DNA of 64,000 nt from an uncultured Chloroflexia bacterium (GTDB lineage: Bacteria; Chloroflexota; Anaerolineae; Fen-1058): assembly GCA_963844815.1 (NCBI GenBank), contig CAWJPR010000003.1, forward strand, positions 146,419 through 210,418, given 5' to 3'. Below, in pieces: positions 53,947-64,000 of the stretch. Both the position numbers and the translations under genes were made by a program. Each line of letters opens with the position of its first letter. Position 1 is the first letter of the stretch. The notes beneath the pieces were generated by a model. That model saw nothing but the letters and a program-made list of their open reading frames with translations, ran no database searches and had not been told where the DNA came from.

Positions 53947-56352
53947 TCATGCTCTGGCTTTAGCCTGCCGTGGTTTGCGTCGCGAAGCTTGTCTCTTGCT
54001 TCGTGCCTTTTGCTTCTTCGCAGGCGGCAGCAAAGCCTGCTCTACCACCTCATCCATGTGCTCGACCAGGATGCAGTTCAAATCGTCCAGAATCTTCTTG
54101 GGGATCTCCACCATATCCTTCTGATTCTTCTTCGGCAGGATCATCGTCTTCAGCCCGGCGCGATGCGCCGCCATCACTTTTTCTTTCAGCCCCCCGATCG
54201 GCAGGACGCGGCCCCGCAGTGTGATCTCGCCCGTCATGCCGACTTCGCGCCGCACCGGCCGCCGGGTAAACGCGGAGATCAGCGCCGTGGCCACGGTGAT
54301 GCCCGCCGAGGGGCCATCCTTGGGAACGCCGCCTTCCGGCACGTGGACGTGAATATCGGTCTTTTCAAAGTTAGCGAGATCGATCTTCAGGGCCTTGGCG
54401 CGCGAGCGGGTATAGGAGAGCGCCGCCTGGATCGATTCCTGCATGACCTCGCCCAACTGGCCGGTCAACGTCAGGTTGCCTTTGCCTTCCAGCAGCGTCA
54501 CTTCGATCGGCAGGATGTCGCCGCCCGCTTCGGTGTAAGCCACGCCGGTGGCGATGCCCACTTCGTCTTTCGCTTCCGCGCGGCCGAACGAGTAGCGCGG
54601 CGGCCCCAGATACTTGTCGAGGGCGTCCGCGGTGATCTCGCGCGTGTGCCGCTTGCCCTCCGCGACTTTGCGCGCAGTCTTGCGCGCCAGGTTGGCCAAC
54701 TCGCGATCGAGATTGCGCACGCCCGCTTCAAAAGTATACTCGCGGATGATGCCGCGCACCGCTGCTTCAGCGATGTGCAGCTGATCGGCTGCGAGTCCGT
54801 GCTCCTTCAGCTGTTTCGGGATCAGGAACTGCCTGGCGATGGCCACCTTTTCTTCCTCGATGTAGCCGCTGAAATCGATGACTTCCATCCGATCGCGCAG
54901 CGCCGGCGGAACTGGATCGAGCGTGTTGGCGGTGGTGACGAACAGGACCTTCGACAGGTCGTACGCCACTTCCAGATAGTGATCACTGAAAGCATTGTTC
55001 TGCTCAGGGTCCAGCGTTTCCAGCAGCGCCGCCGACGGATCACCGCGAAAGTCGCTGCCCAGCTTGTCGATCTCATCCAGCATAAAGAGCGGATTGATGG
55101 TTTCGGCGCGGCGCATGGTCTGAATGATGCGCCCCGGCATCGCGCCGATGTAGGTGCGGCGGTGTCCGCGGATCTCGGCTTCATCGCGCACGCCGCCCAG
55201 ACTGATGCGCACGAACTTGCGCCCCAGCGCTTCGGCGATGGATTTGCCCAGCGAGGTCTTGCCGGTGCCCGGCGGACCGACGAAGCACAGGATGGGACTA
55301 TGCATCTCGCTGCCGGCCAACTTGCGCACCGCGATGTATTCCAGAATGCGCTCTTTGGCTTTGGGCAAGCCGTAATGCTGCGCATCCAGCACTTTGCCCG
55401 CGTGCACCACATCCAGATTATCCGGCGTAACTTCGTTCCACGGCAGTTCGAGCAGCCAATCCAGATACGTGCGGATGATGCCCGACTCCGGTGACTGCAG
55501 CGGCATCTGGTTCAGCCGTTCCAATTCCTTCTCGGCTTTGAGGCGCGTCTCTTCAGGAAAGTCCTTGGCGGCGATCTTGTCGCGCAGTTCGTTGATCTCG
55601 CGCGTCAGCGGATCGCCTTCGCCCAACTCGGTTTGAATGGCTTTCATCTGCTCGCGCAGATAGAACTCGCGCTGGCCGCGATCGACCTCGCGCTGCACGC
55701 GCGAATGGATTTGGTCTTCGAGTTCGAGGACATCCAGTTCCTTCGCCAGCAAAATCGAGAGGCGCTGCAGCCGGTTCTCAGGACTGAAGGTCTCCAGCAA
55801 TTCCTGTTTGACCGTCACATTCATTTCGATTGTCGACGCGATCAGATCGGCCAGCCAGCCCGGCTCGGGCACGTTCATGGCGTAGACGTAGGCGTCTTCC
55901 GGCAGGGCCCGATTGAGCTGGATGACCTTCTCGAATAGGGCCAGCACGGCGCGCATCAAGGCTTCGGTGGCCGCCGGTTTGCCGATCGGATCGTCGCTGA
56001 GCCGCACTTTCACGCGATAGTAGGGTTCGGTCTGGACGAATTCCAGAATCTCGGCGCGGCGCTGGCCCTGCGCCAGCACACTGGTCGTGCCATCCGGCAT
56101 GCGCAGCGAGCGTCCCACCAGCACTTCGGTGCCGATCGTGTAAAAGTCTTCCGGGCGCGGGTCTTCGTTATCGGGATCGCGCTGCGTGACGACGATCATC
56201 GATTCATGGCCGGCTTGCGCGGCCTCGATCGCCTTGATCGATCGATCGCGTCCCACGAACAGCGGCGAGACCATGTGGGGAAACAACACCGTATCGCGCA
56301 CCGGCAGCAGCGGCGCGTCGATGATGTCACTGTGCGAGCGCGGGCGCTGCAC
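53947..56352 (-). CDS. lon: ATP-dependent Lon protease.
   Basis: It has the LON N-domain ([27 protein letters not shown]), AAA+ Walker A (GPPGTGKTS) and the S16 active site ([18 protein letters not shown]). The probable start is a GTG at 56352, giving about 12 aa before the LPLRD block as in E. coli Lon. The listed ORF extends spuriously to 56715. Confidence 0.85.
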   Translation of the reverse strand: MQRPRSHSDIIDAPLLPVRDTVLFPHMVSPLFVGRDRSIKAIEAAQAGHESMIVVTQRDPDNEDPRPEDFYTIGTEVLVGRSLRMPDGTTSVLAQGQRRAEILEFVQTEPYYRVKVRLSDDPIGKPAATEALMRAVLALFEKVIQLNRALPEDAYVYAMNVPEPGWLADLIASTIEMNVTVKQELLETFSPENRLQRLSILLAKELDVLELEDQIHSRVQREVDRGQREFYLREQMKAIQTELGEGDPLTREINELRDKIAAKDFPEETRLKAEKELERLNQMPLQSPESGIIRTYLDWLLELPWNEVTPDNLDVVHAGKVLDAQHYGLPKAKERILEYIAVRKLAGSEMHSPILCFVGPPGTGKTSLGKSIAEALGRKFVRISLGGVRDEAEIRGHRRTYIGAMPGRIIQTMRRAETINPLFMLDEIDKLGSDFRGDPSAALLETLDPEQNNAFSDHYLEVAYDLSKVLFVTTANTLDPVPPALRDRMEVIDFSGYIEEEKVAIARQFLIPKQLKEHGLAADQLHIAEAAVRGIIREYTFEAGVRNLDRELANLARKTARKVAEGKRHTREITADALDKYLGPPRYSFGRAEAKDEVGIATGVAYTEAGGDILPIEVTLLEGKGNLTLTGQLGEVMQESIQAALSYTRSRAKALKIDLANFEKTDIHVHVPEGGVPKDGPSAGITVATALISAFTRRPVRREVGMTGEITLRGRVLPIGGLKEKVMAAHRAGLKTMILPKKNQKDMVEIPKKILDDLNCILVEHMDEVVEQALLPPAKKQKARSKRQASRRKPRQAKARA

Positions 56353-56686
56353 CGGGCGGAACCAATCGGTAGATGGTTGGGCGCCAAAATCCGTGATGGC
56401 TGAAGGGTTCAGCCAGTTTTGTGTCAGCGAGCGATTGAGCAACTTGCCTCCAGAATCCCACTCCTGCCTTGCGACTATTCTCGCACAAGTCGGGCAGATA
56501 TCCAAATGAACAAAAACCGGGCAGTTGGCCGGTTCCAGCCGATTTTCTAACCGTTTTGCTATGGACGTTATCATGGTGTAATGGGATACTGGACGAACCG
56601 GGATATAATCAGTGCGTCCGCCTGGGGCGTAAGCCATGGTGTCATTCGCTCCAGTACCCAGGCGGTGGAGACTTCCGGGTGAAAGC

Positions 56687-59600
56687 ATGAAGTGTCCGCG
56701 CTGTGGTTTCGACAATCCGGCCGGCTTTGCTTTCTGCGGCCAGTGCGGCAGCCAACTCGCGGCGTCTGAAGATCAACTGACGCCCGCCGAGTTGGATCAG
56801 CTGCGCCGGTATCTGCCATCGTCACTGAGCGACGCCTGGCGCTTTGATCTGGCTGAGCCTCCGCCCCAGCTGCTTAAGCAATCCACCGATCATCTCTATC
56901 GCCTCGTCGACACGACCGCGACTTATCTGCCCGCCCACATTGTCGATCGCATCCTGCGTGATCCGGTGCCGGGCCAGATCGGCGGCCAGTTCGTGGAAGG
57001 CAGTCTGTTGTTCGCCGACATCAGCGGCTTCACGGCGATGTCCGAGCGCTTGAGCCGCCTGGGGCGCGAAGGCGCCGAAGAGATCACCGGCATTGTGAAT
57101 CGCTACTTCAGTGCCATGTTAACGCTCCTGCGTGAATACGACGGCTATCTGGTGAAATTTGGCGGTGACGCGCTGCTGGGTTTGTTCCTGGAGCCCTATG
57201 GCGCTCAGCGGGCCGTGCAGTCTGCCGTGCGCATGCAAGAGGCGATGCGTGAGTTCACGGAATTGCGCACCTCGCAGGGTGTGTTTCTGCTGCGCATGAA
57301 GATTGGTCTGCACCAAGGGCGTTTCTTCTCCGCCCAGCTGGGCAATGCCGAAAACATGGAGTACATGCTGTTCGGTCCGGATGTCAATGCGGCGGCGCTG
57401 GCGGAGGGCGTGGCTGCCGCCGGAGAAGTGCTCGTCGATCGGGCTACGCACGCTGCGCTGAGGATGCCGTGCCAGGTCAGGCCTGCGCAGCATGATGATC
57501 GCTTCTTCCACGTCGAGTCTATCGATACCCGGCGCGATTTCCAGCGCGCGCCAACGATCATGACCATGCTGCCGGCGCCCACCTTGAAGGGCTTGCGCCG
57601 CGCCGTGAAAGTGCTCGACGCTCTGACGCCCTATCTCCCCGCCGGATTGCTGGCGCGCCTGGCGAACAGTCCGCAAGGCATGGTGCAAGAGGGTGAGCAT
57701 CGGCTGGTGGCGGTGACGTTTGCCAACGTGCACGGCCTGGGCGAGCTGGTCGATCGGTTGGGGCCGGGCCGCGAGGAAGAGATCGTCAACGCGCTGAATC
57801 ATTACTTCGTCGGCATGGACCAGGCGGTGCACGGGCTGGGCGGCGTGATCAACAAGCTGGATCTGGCCGAGCAGGGCGACAAGCTGCTGGCTTTCTTTGG
57901 CGCGCCGGTGGCGCATGAAGACGATGCCGAGCGCGCGGTGCGCGCCGCGTTGAACATGCAAGCCGCCCTGCGCGAGATGAGCGGCGCTGTGCCTGAACAG
58001 GCCGGCCTGCCTGATCTCAAGCTGACGCAGCAAGTGGGGATCAGTTGTGGCTACGTTTTTGCAGGCTACGTGGGCACGGCGTGGCGGCGCGAGTACACGG
58101 TGATGGGCGATGAGGTCAATCTGGCGGCCCGCTTGATGTCGGCAGCGGAGCCGGGCAGCATTATCGTCAGCGGCGCAGCGCAGCGCAAACTGCAGGCGCT
58201 GTTCAACCTCACCCCGCGCGGCGCAGTGCGCGTCAAAGGCAAGAGCGATCCGGTTGCCATTTTTCAGGTGGCCGGACTGCGCGCCACGGCCGGATCGCTG
58301 CGCGGGCTGGAGGGCTTGCATTCTGAATTGGTGGGGCGCGACGCCGAATGGAAACAACTCTCGACTGCCATGCAGCACTTGCGGTCGGGACGCGGGCAGA
58401 TCGTCTCGATCATCGGCGAAGCGGGCCTGGGGAAGTCTCGCCTGGCAGCCGAATTGCGCGCGCAGACTGCCAGCGGCCGATTCAGCCCCACCGCGATCGA
58501 GTGTGCGCTGGTTCGAGGGGCGCTGCGTCTCGTTTTACGAGTCGGCGAGCTACCGGCCGATGCAGGAACTCCTTGGCCGGATAATCGACCTGCAATCCGA
58601 TGACGGCATTGCGGAGGCCTGGAGCAAGTTGCGCACGGCAGTGGACGCCTGGCCTTCCGCTGAGAACGCCGCGGCCAGTCTGCCGTATCTTGCCCACTTT
58701 CTGGGCTTGCCGTTGTCCGACGCGATGCAAGCGAAGGTGCGTTACCTCAGCGCCGAGGCCCTGCAGCGCCGCACCTTCATCGCCATCCGCACGCTGATTG
58801 AGATGCAGGCCAAGACTGCGCCCGTGGTCTTCATGCTGGACGACATCCACTGGATGGATCAGGCCTCGCTCGATCTGTTGGAGTATCTGCTGCCAGTGAC
58901 GGATGCGGCGCCGGTCATGTGGCTGCTGCTGTATCGCGCCGAGCGCACGAAGAGCTGCTGGCAAATTCGCGAGAAGGCCGCGCGTGATTTTCCGCACTGC
59001 GCCACCGAGATCGCGCTCGAGCGGTTGTCGCCAGACGAGACCTGGCAACTGCTGTCCAATTTGATCCGCTTGACTCGATGGCCGTTGAGCGTGCAGGAAT
59101 TGATCTTGCAGCGCGTCGAGGGCAATCCCCTCTATCTGGAAGAGGTGCTGCGCACCTTCATGGAGAACGGCGCTGTGGTCCGTGACGAGCGCGGCGCGTG
59201 GCAAGTGCGCGACGACGTCGCCGCGATCACAGTGCCGGACACGCTGCAGGGCGTGATGATGGCGCGTCTCGATCGGCTGGAGGAACCGCCGCGCCAGACC
59301 GCGCAGGTCGCGGCGGTGGTGGGGCGCGCGTTCCCTTATGAGGTGTTGTCCCACGTCATCGACACCGAATACATTGAGCTGAAGGCGTGCCTCGCGCGTC
59401 TGCAGCAGAACGAAATCGTGCGCGAGGATCAACGCCTGCCCGATTTGATTTACGCATTCCAGCATACGCTGATGCAGGAAGTGTGTTACGAGAGCTTGCT
59501 GGCGCGCACGCGCCGCGAGTATCACCGTAAGATCGCGCAATTCCTGGAGGTCAACCGTTCGGATCCGCGCAGCGCCGCCGGGGATGTGGCGCTGCTGGCG

Positions 59601-61022
59601 CATCATGCTTATGCCGGGCAGGACTGGCCGCGCGCTCTGATCTATCAGATTGAAGCGGGTCAACATGCCCAACGGCTGTTCGCCAACCGCGCGGCAATCG
59701 ATCACTTCAACAAAGCCCTCCACTGTGCCGATCAATTGCCGCCGGACGATACGGCCGCGCAGCGCCTGGCGATTCAGACGGCGCTGGGCGAGCTGCTCAC
59801 CACCACCGGCCAATATGAGCCAGCGCTGGAGCATTTGAATACGGCCCGCACTCTAGCGCTGGCGTTGGGGGATTCGAATGCGGCAGCGCGCGTGGACCGC
59901 TGGCTGGCGCGGCTCTACGAGCTGCGCGGCGAGTATCCTGCGGCAATTGATTGGGTGTGGCAGGGGCTGAGAGCTCTGGCAGGCCGCGAGACTGCCGATG
60001 CCGCCGAGATGCTGATCACCGCCGGGCTGATCCATACCCGGCAGGGGGACTACGATAGCGCTCTGGATATGTGCCAGGAAGCGCTGCGCATTGCCCAACG
60101 CCTGGATGAGGTCGCCGTCCTCGCCCGCGCCTACAATTTGCGGGGACACATTACGCGGTTGTCGGGCCAGAGCGCCAAGGCAATTGAGGATTTTGAGAGG
60201 GGTCTGGAGCTCTATGAGCGCGCCGGCGATCTGCATGGCCAGGCCATGTCACACAATTTGATTGCCAATGTCTATTTCGATACCGGATACTGGCAACAGG
60301 CCAATGAACGGTATCGCCAGGCGCGCAGCGCTTTCGATCTGCTGGGCGATGTCTACAACCGTGCTTTTGCCGATAACAATCTGGGCGGCATCGCGTTGAA
60401 TCAAGGCCGCCTCGACGAAGCGCTGGACGACTACCACAGCGCGCTCGAGGCGCTCGCGCGCATCGGCGGATCGGAATATGTGCTGGGCGTGCTGCACAAC
60501 AATCTGGGCGCCACCTGCGTCCGGCGCGGGGAGATCGAAGCGGGGCGCGATCACCTGTACACCAGCCTGCATTACTTCGAGCGCACCCAATCGCGTGATT
60601 TCCTGCCGGAACTCCACCGGCATCTGGCCGAAGCTGCTATGGCCGCGGGCGAATACGCTGAAGCAGAGACGCAGGCCCAACAAGCGCTGGCGGTGGCGCG
60701 GGAATTGACGATGCGCAATGAAGAAGGCACTGCACAGCGCGTGCTGGGGCAGGTGCGCGCTGCGCAGCAGCAATGGCCGGAAGCCGAGCAGTTGTTGAAC
60801 GACAGTCTGTACGCGCTGGAAGAAGCCCGCGACACCTATGAAGCGGCCCGCACGCGCCTGGCGCTGGCGCACATTCGCTGCGCACAGGGACCTTGTGCTG
60901 GAGCGCTGCCGCTGATCGATCAGTGTGTGGAGGTTTTTACTCGCTTGAACGCGCAACTCGATTTGGCTGCTGCGCAGACTTTGCGCGAGCAGGCTCAAGA
61001 GAAAAATAGGAGGCCATCATGA
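56687..61022 (+). CDS. Large multidomain signalling protein: Zn-ribbon, 2x class III adenylate/guanylate cyclase, STAND/AAA (AAA_16) NTPase and TPR repeats. It has a frameshift near 58490.
   Basis: The domains are visible in order. The Zn-ribbon reads MKCPRCGFDNPAGFAFCGQCG. The two CYC domains include FADISGFTAMSE and VTFANVHG...MGDEVNLAARL. The P-loop is GEAGLGKSRL. Then comes VRWFEGRCVSFYESASYRP, in the shifted frame. Extensive C-terminal TPRs follow. The listed ORFs 56636..58603 and 58254..61022 are one gene. Confidence 0.82.
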
Positions 61023-64000
61023 AGAACGTCAGACTCGCTCTCTGTGTTATCCCGGCGGTGAGTTTCCTGGCCGGGCTGCTGGCCTGGCTGGGCAGCGTGA
61101 CGACGCAAGTGCAGGCCGCCCCGCGGCGTGAAGCGGCCGCGGGGGCTGTTCGGGCCGGCTTCAATCGCGGCTCGTTTCTGGCTAATGACGACGACTCACT
61201 TGGTCCGGTGCAGTTGGGTTTCGATGTGAATTTCTTTGGCTTGAACTTCAATCAGACTGTACGTCAACAACAACGGCAATGTGACCTTTGACTATTATCT
61301 GTTTGAGTATACGCCCAGCGATTTGACCAGCATAGGTCACCAGATCATCGCTCCTTTCTGGGCCGATGTCGACACGCGCGGCGCAGGTTCGGGCCTCGTA
61401 ACCTATGGCACAGGCTCGATCGATGGGCACCCGGCGTTTGGCGTCAACTGGCTCAATGTCGGGTACTTCTACAGCAGTATTGACAAACTGAACAGCTTTC
61501 AGCTGATTTTGATCGATCGCTCGGACACCGGCCCGGGTAATTTCGATTTCGAGTTTAACTACGACAAAGTCCAATGGGAAACTGGCGATGCCAGCGCAGG
61601 CACGAATGGTCTGGGCGGCTTTTCGGCACGCGCCGGTTATTCCAATGGCAGCCAGCGTTTCGGCACGTCCTTTGAGCTGGCCGGATCAGCCGTACCCGGA
61701 TCATTCCTTGATACGAATCGGGCGACCGGGCTGATCTATCACAGCCTGAACAGCAGCCAGCCGGGACGGTATGTGTTCAGTGTGCGGAATGGGACGATCA
61801 GCCCGCGCGACACGGCGACCGTGATCGGCGCGGGCCTCCCCGTGACCGGGTCGGCCAGCGCGGCGATTGGCGCGAACTGGTACAAGATCGCGGTGCCGCA
61901 GGCCGATTCGATCATCCACGCGACGCTGAGCGGCCTGGCGCAGGACTATGACTTGTATCTGTTTGCGCCGCAGGTCGATGAAGAGACGGGGCAGATACGC
62001 GATCTGGGGCAACTCAGCAATGTGGGCCAGCTCAGCAACGTCGGGCAGCTCAGCAATGTGGGGCAGCTCAGCAACGTGGGCCAGCTTCAGCAATGTAGGC
62101 CAGCTGTCCGATCTAGGGCAGCTCAGCAATGTCGGGCAGCTCAGCAACGTCGGACAATTGAGCAATGTCGGGCAGCTCAGCAATGTGGGCGAGCTGGGCG
62201 ACATTGGCACGCTCGTCGCATTGTCTGCCCATCCCGGCGCCACGCCGGAGAGCATCGATTACGATGTGCACGAACTGGCGGGGCCCTACTATCTGGCCGT
62301 GGTCGGCCACATTACCCAGACGGCCGGCACGCTGTACACGTTGACCGTCACGGTCGATCCGCCTGTGTTCCCCTACAGCCCGATCACGTATACCGTCCCG
62401 ACGAGCTTCACGACTCCGGCCAAGGACCCTTCAGTTCGCACGCTGATCCTGTACAACACGGCGCGCTTCAATAAATACTATGCCGGCAACGACACGATCA
62501 CCTCGACCAACCTGATCGCTCGAATCAATAACCTGGCCAACAACGCCAACGTGAACGGCAAGGCCTTCGACTTGTCGACATATACCGACATCAACTTCGG
62601 CTACAGCCTGTGGGACTCGCAGCCGGGTAATCCGTTGGCGGCCAACTATGTGGCGGCCAGCATCAAGCAGTTGCTGTATGACCTGGCCCCTGCGTATCCG
62701 AATTTGCAGTACCTGGTCATCGTCGGCGACGACCGCCTGATCCCATTCCGGCGCATCCGCGACGAGGCGCTCTATGCCAACGAGCGCCACTACGCGCCGA
62801 CCGCTTACACGCCGATCTTGTCGTCATCGCTGGGGCTGCGTTTCTTCTTGAGCGACGACTACTATGCCGGATTGCTGCCGCTGCCCTTCAAGGGACGCGA
62901 GCTGTATCTGCCGCAGGTCGCTCTCGGCCGGTTGGTGGAGAAGCCATCGGAGATTGCCCGCGCAATCGACGCGTATCTGGCCCGGCCGGTTGTGGCGCCG
63001 CGGGATGCGCTGGTCACCGGGTATGATTTCCTGATCGACGAGGCGACCGCGATCCGCACTGCGCTGCAGGCGCAGGGCGTCACTACGCTGACAACGCTGA
63101 TCAACAACACGTGGACGGCCAGCGTCTTCAGCAGCACCTTCTTCTCGCGGGCCACGGCCTTCAACATCTCGTCGCTCAACTCGCATTTCGAGCATTACCG
63201 TTTCTTTCCGAACGATCCCAACAACATCTTCGCCACGCAGGTGGCGGCCTCCACCAACTACAGCGGCAGCCTGATCTTCACGGTGGGCTGCCACTCCGGC
63301 CTCAACGTGCCCGATGAACAAATGCCTAGCCAATTGTTGGGCACCGACTGGGCGCAGGCCTTCTCGCGGCAGCGGGCGACTTACATCGCTAACACCGGTT
63401 ACGGCTACGGCGATTCGGACCTGATCGCCTATTCCGAGCGCCTGATGGCCAACTTCGCACAGGAGCTGGGGTACTGGGGCAAAGGCCCGCAAACGGTTGG
63501 CAAGGCGCTGCTCAATGCCAAGCACCGCTACTACAACAGCCTGCCCGTGCAGACGTTCAGCAACTACGACGAGAAGGTACTGGGCATAACGACCCTGTAT
63601 GGCCTGCCGATGCTGCGGGTCAACATGCCGGTGACGACGACTGCCAAACCGGGTGACTTGTTGGAATCGCTCGAAGGCACGGCGCCGACGGCCGCCGAAC
63701 TCACGACCGAGACCCTCACTTTACGCTTCACCTACGTGCCCAGCAACACGAATTCGGGTACCTTCTTTCAGGTTGCCAATGTGGACGACCTGCAGATTTC
63801 GGCCGGCCGGCCGGTTCAGCCGCGCACGAGCAAAGATATTCATCTGCCGGATACCATTGCGCACGGCGTGTTGATGCTAGGCGGCGTCTTCCAGGCCTTC
63901 CCTGACTTCGACCCGGTCATCTCGCAAATCGTGACCGATCGAACGCCTCTCAACAACGAGCCGTTGTACGACACGACCGAATGGTATCCCACCGTGCTGG
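61019..64000 (+). CDS. Secreted NIDO-domain / (GQLSNV)n-repeat / peptidase C25 (clan CD, gingipain-like) protein. It is 3'-partial and has frameshifts near 61262 and 62088.
   Basis: A signal peptide is present (MKNVRLALCVIPAVSFLAGLLAWLGSV). The NIDO domain reads FGLNFNQTV|YVNNNGNVTFD...APFWADVDTRG. About 12 GQLSNV hexapeptide repeats follow. Then comes a C25-like region (YLVIVGDDRLIPF, FTVGCHSGLN) that continues to the window end. The start overlaps the cyclase gene stop as ATGA. Confidence 0.65.
61995..62215 (+). repeat. About 12 tandem 18-bp units encoding the hexapeptide GQLSNV, with GQLSDL and GELGDI variants.
   Basis: The units gggcagctcagcaatgtg and gggcagctcagcaacgtc iterate. One unit carries an extra t at about 62088. 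Confidence 0.8.

Noticed and set aside
53989-55494. 501-aa plus-strand ORF.
   Set aside because: It is antisense to lon.
56353-56715. N-terminal 120 codons of the listed 922-aa Lon ORF.
   Set aside because: Lon homologs start about 10 aa before the conserved LPLRD block, and here a GTG at 56352 fits that. The upstream extension has no Lon similarity and would overlap the divergent cyclase gene promoter.
57119-59834. Two long minus-strand ORFs, 57119..58378 and 58482..59834.
   Set aside because: They are antisense to the cyclase-STAND-TPR gene, whose plus frame shows the cyclase, P-loop and TPR motifs.

Overview
This 64-kb window is high-GC (about 63-65%), gene-dense bacterial chromosome. 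The gene content suggests Chloroflexota, but that is a guess. From 5' to 3' it contains: (1) A 3'-truncated Sec/lipoprotein-type nitrous-oxide reductase, nosZ, on the minus strand, preceded by a small receiver-like ORF. (2) A translationally coupled sulfotransferase / tungsten-type aldehyde:ferredoxin oxidoreductase (AOR) / SCP2-like trio. (3) Small stress and ligand-binding proteins of the NTF2-like, ABM and SRPBCC families. (4) A DUF11/Ig-like surface protein that carries an internal 370-bp tandem duplication and is flanked by two decayed copies of a B12-binding radical-SAM gene N-terminus. (5) A NarX-type (PilJ/P-box + HAMP + GAF) histidine kinase with a NarL-family regulator. (6) A fatty-acid hydroxylase, a dienelactone hydrolase and GNAT acetyltransferases. 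(7) A BNR/Asp-box beta-propeller secreted protein built from about 15 near-identical tandem repeats of roughly 132 nt. (8) An IS transposase remnant. (9) rRNA methyltransferases (TrmH-like, RlmI-like, RsmD), DinB, HIT, and RelA/SpoT. (10) A Ca2+-type P-type ATPase broken by at least 10 single-base frameshifts. (11) Two tandem phosphodiester-glycosidase lipoproteins. (12) A possible overlapping toxin-antitoxin-like pair. (13) A housekeeping block with an AlkD-like protein, Nudix, two GNATs, enolase, RNase T2, a thiolase, two CtpA peptidases, SmpB, glnA and MOSC. (14) A low-GC TetR / ABC-2 transporter / DUF4232 island with a perfect palindromic operator. (15) Lon protease. (16) A giant Zn-ribbon / 2x class-III cyclase / STAND-ATPase / TPR protein translationally coupled to a secreted NIDO-(GQLSNV)n-C25-like peptidase. 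Single-base indel frameshifts recur across the window, including in the essential genes eno and smpB. This points to indel sequencing error, such as an unpolished long-read or MAG assembly, except for the ATPase, where the density suggests a real pseudogene. No CRISPR array, rRNA or tRNA was seen.
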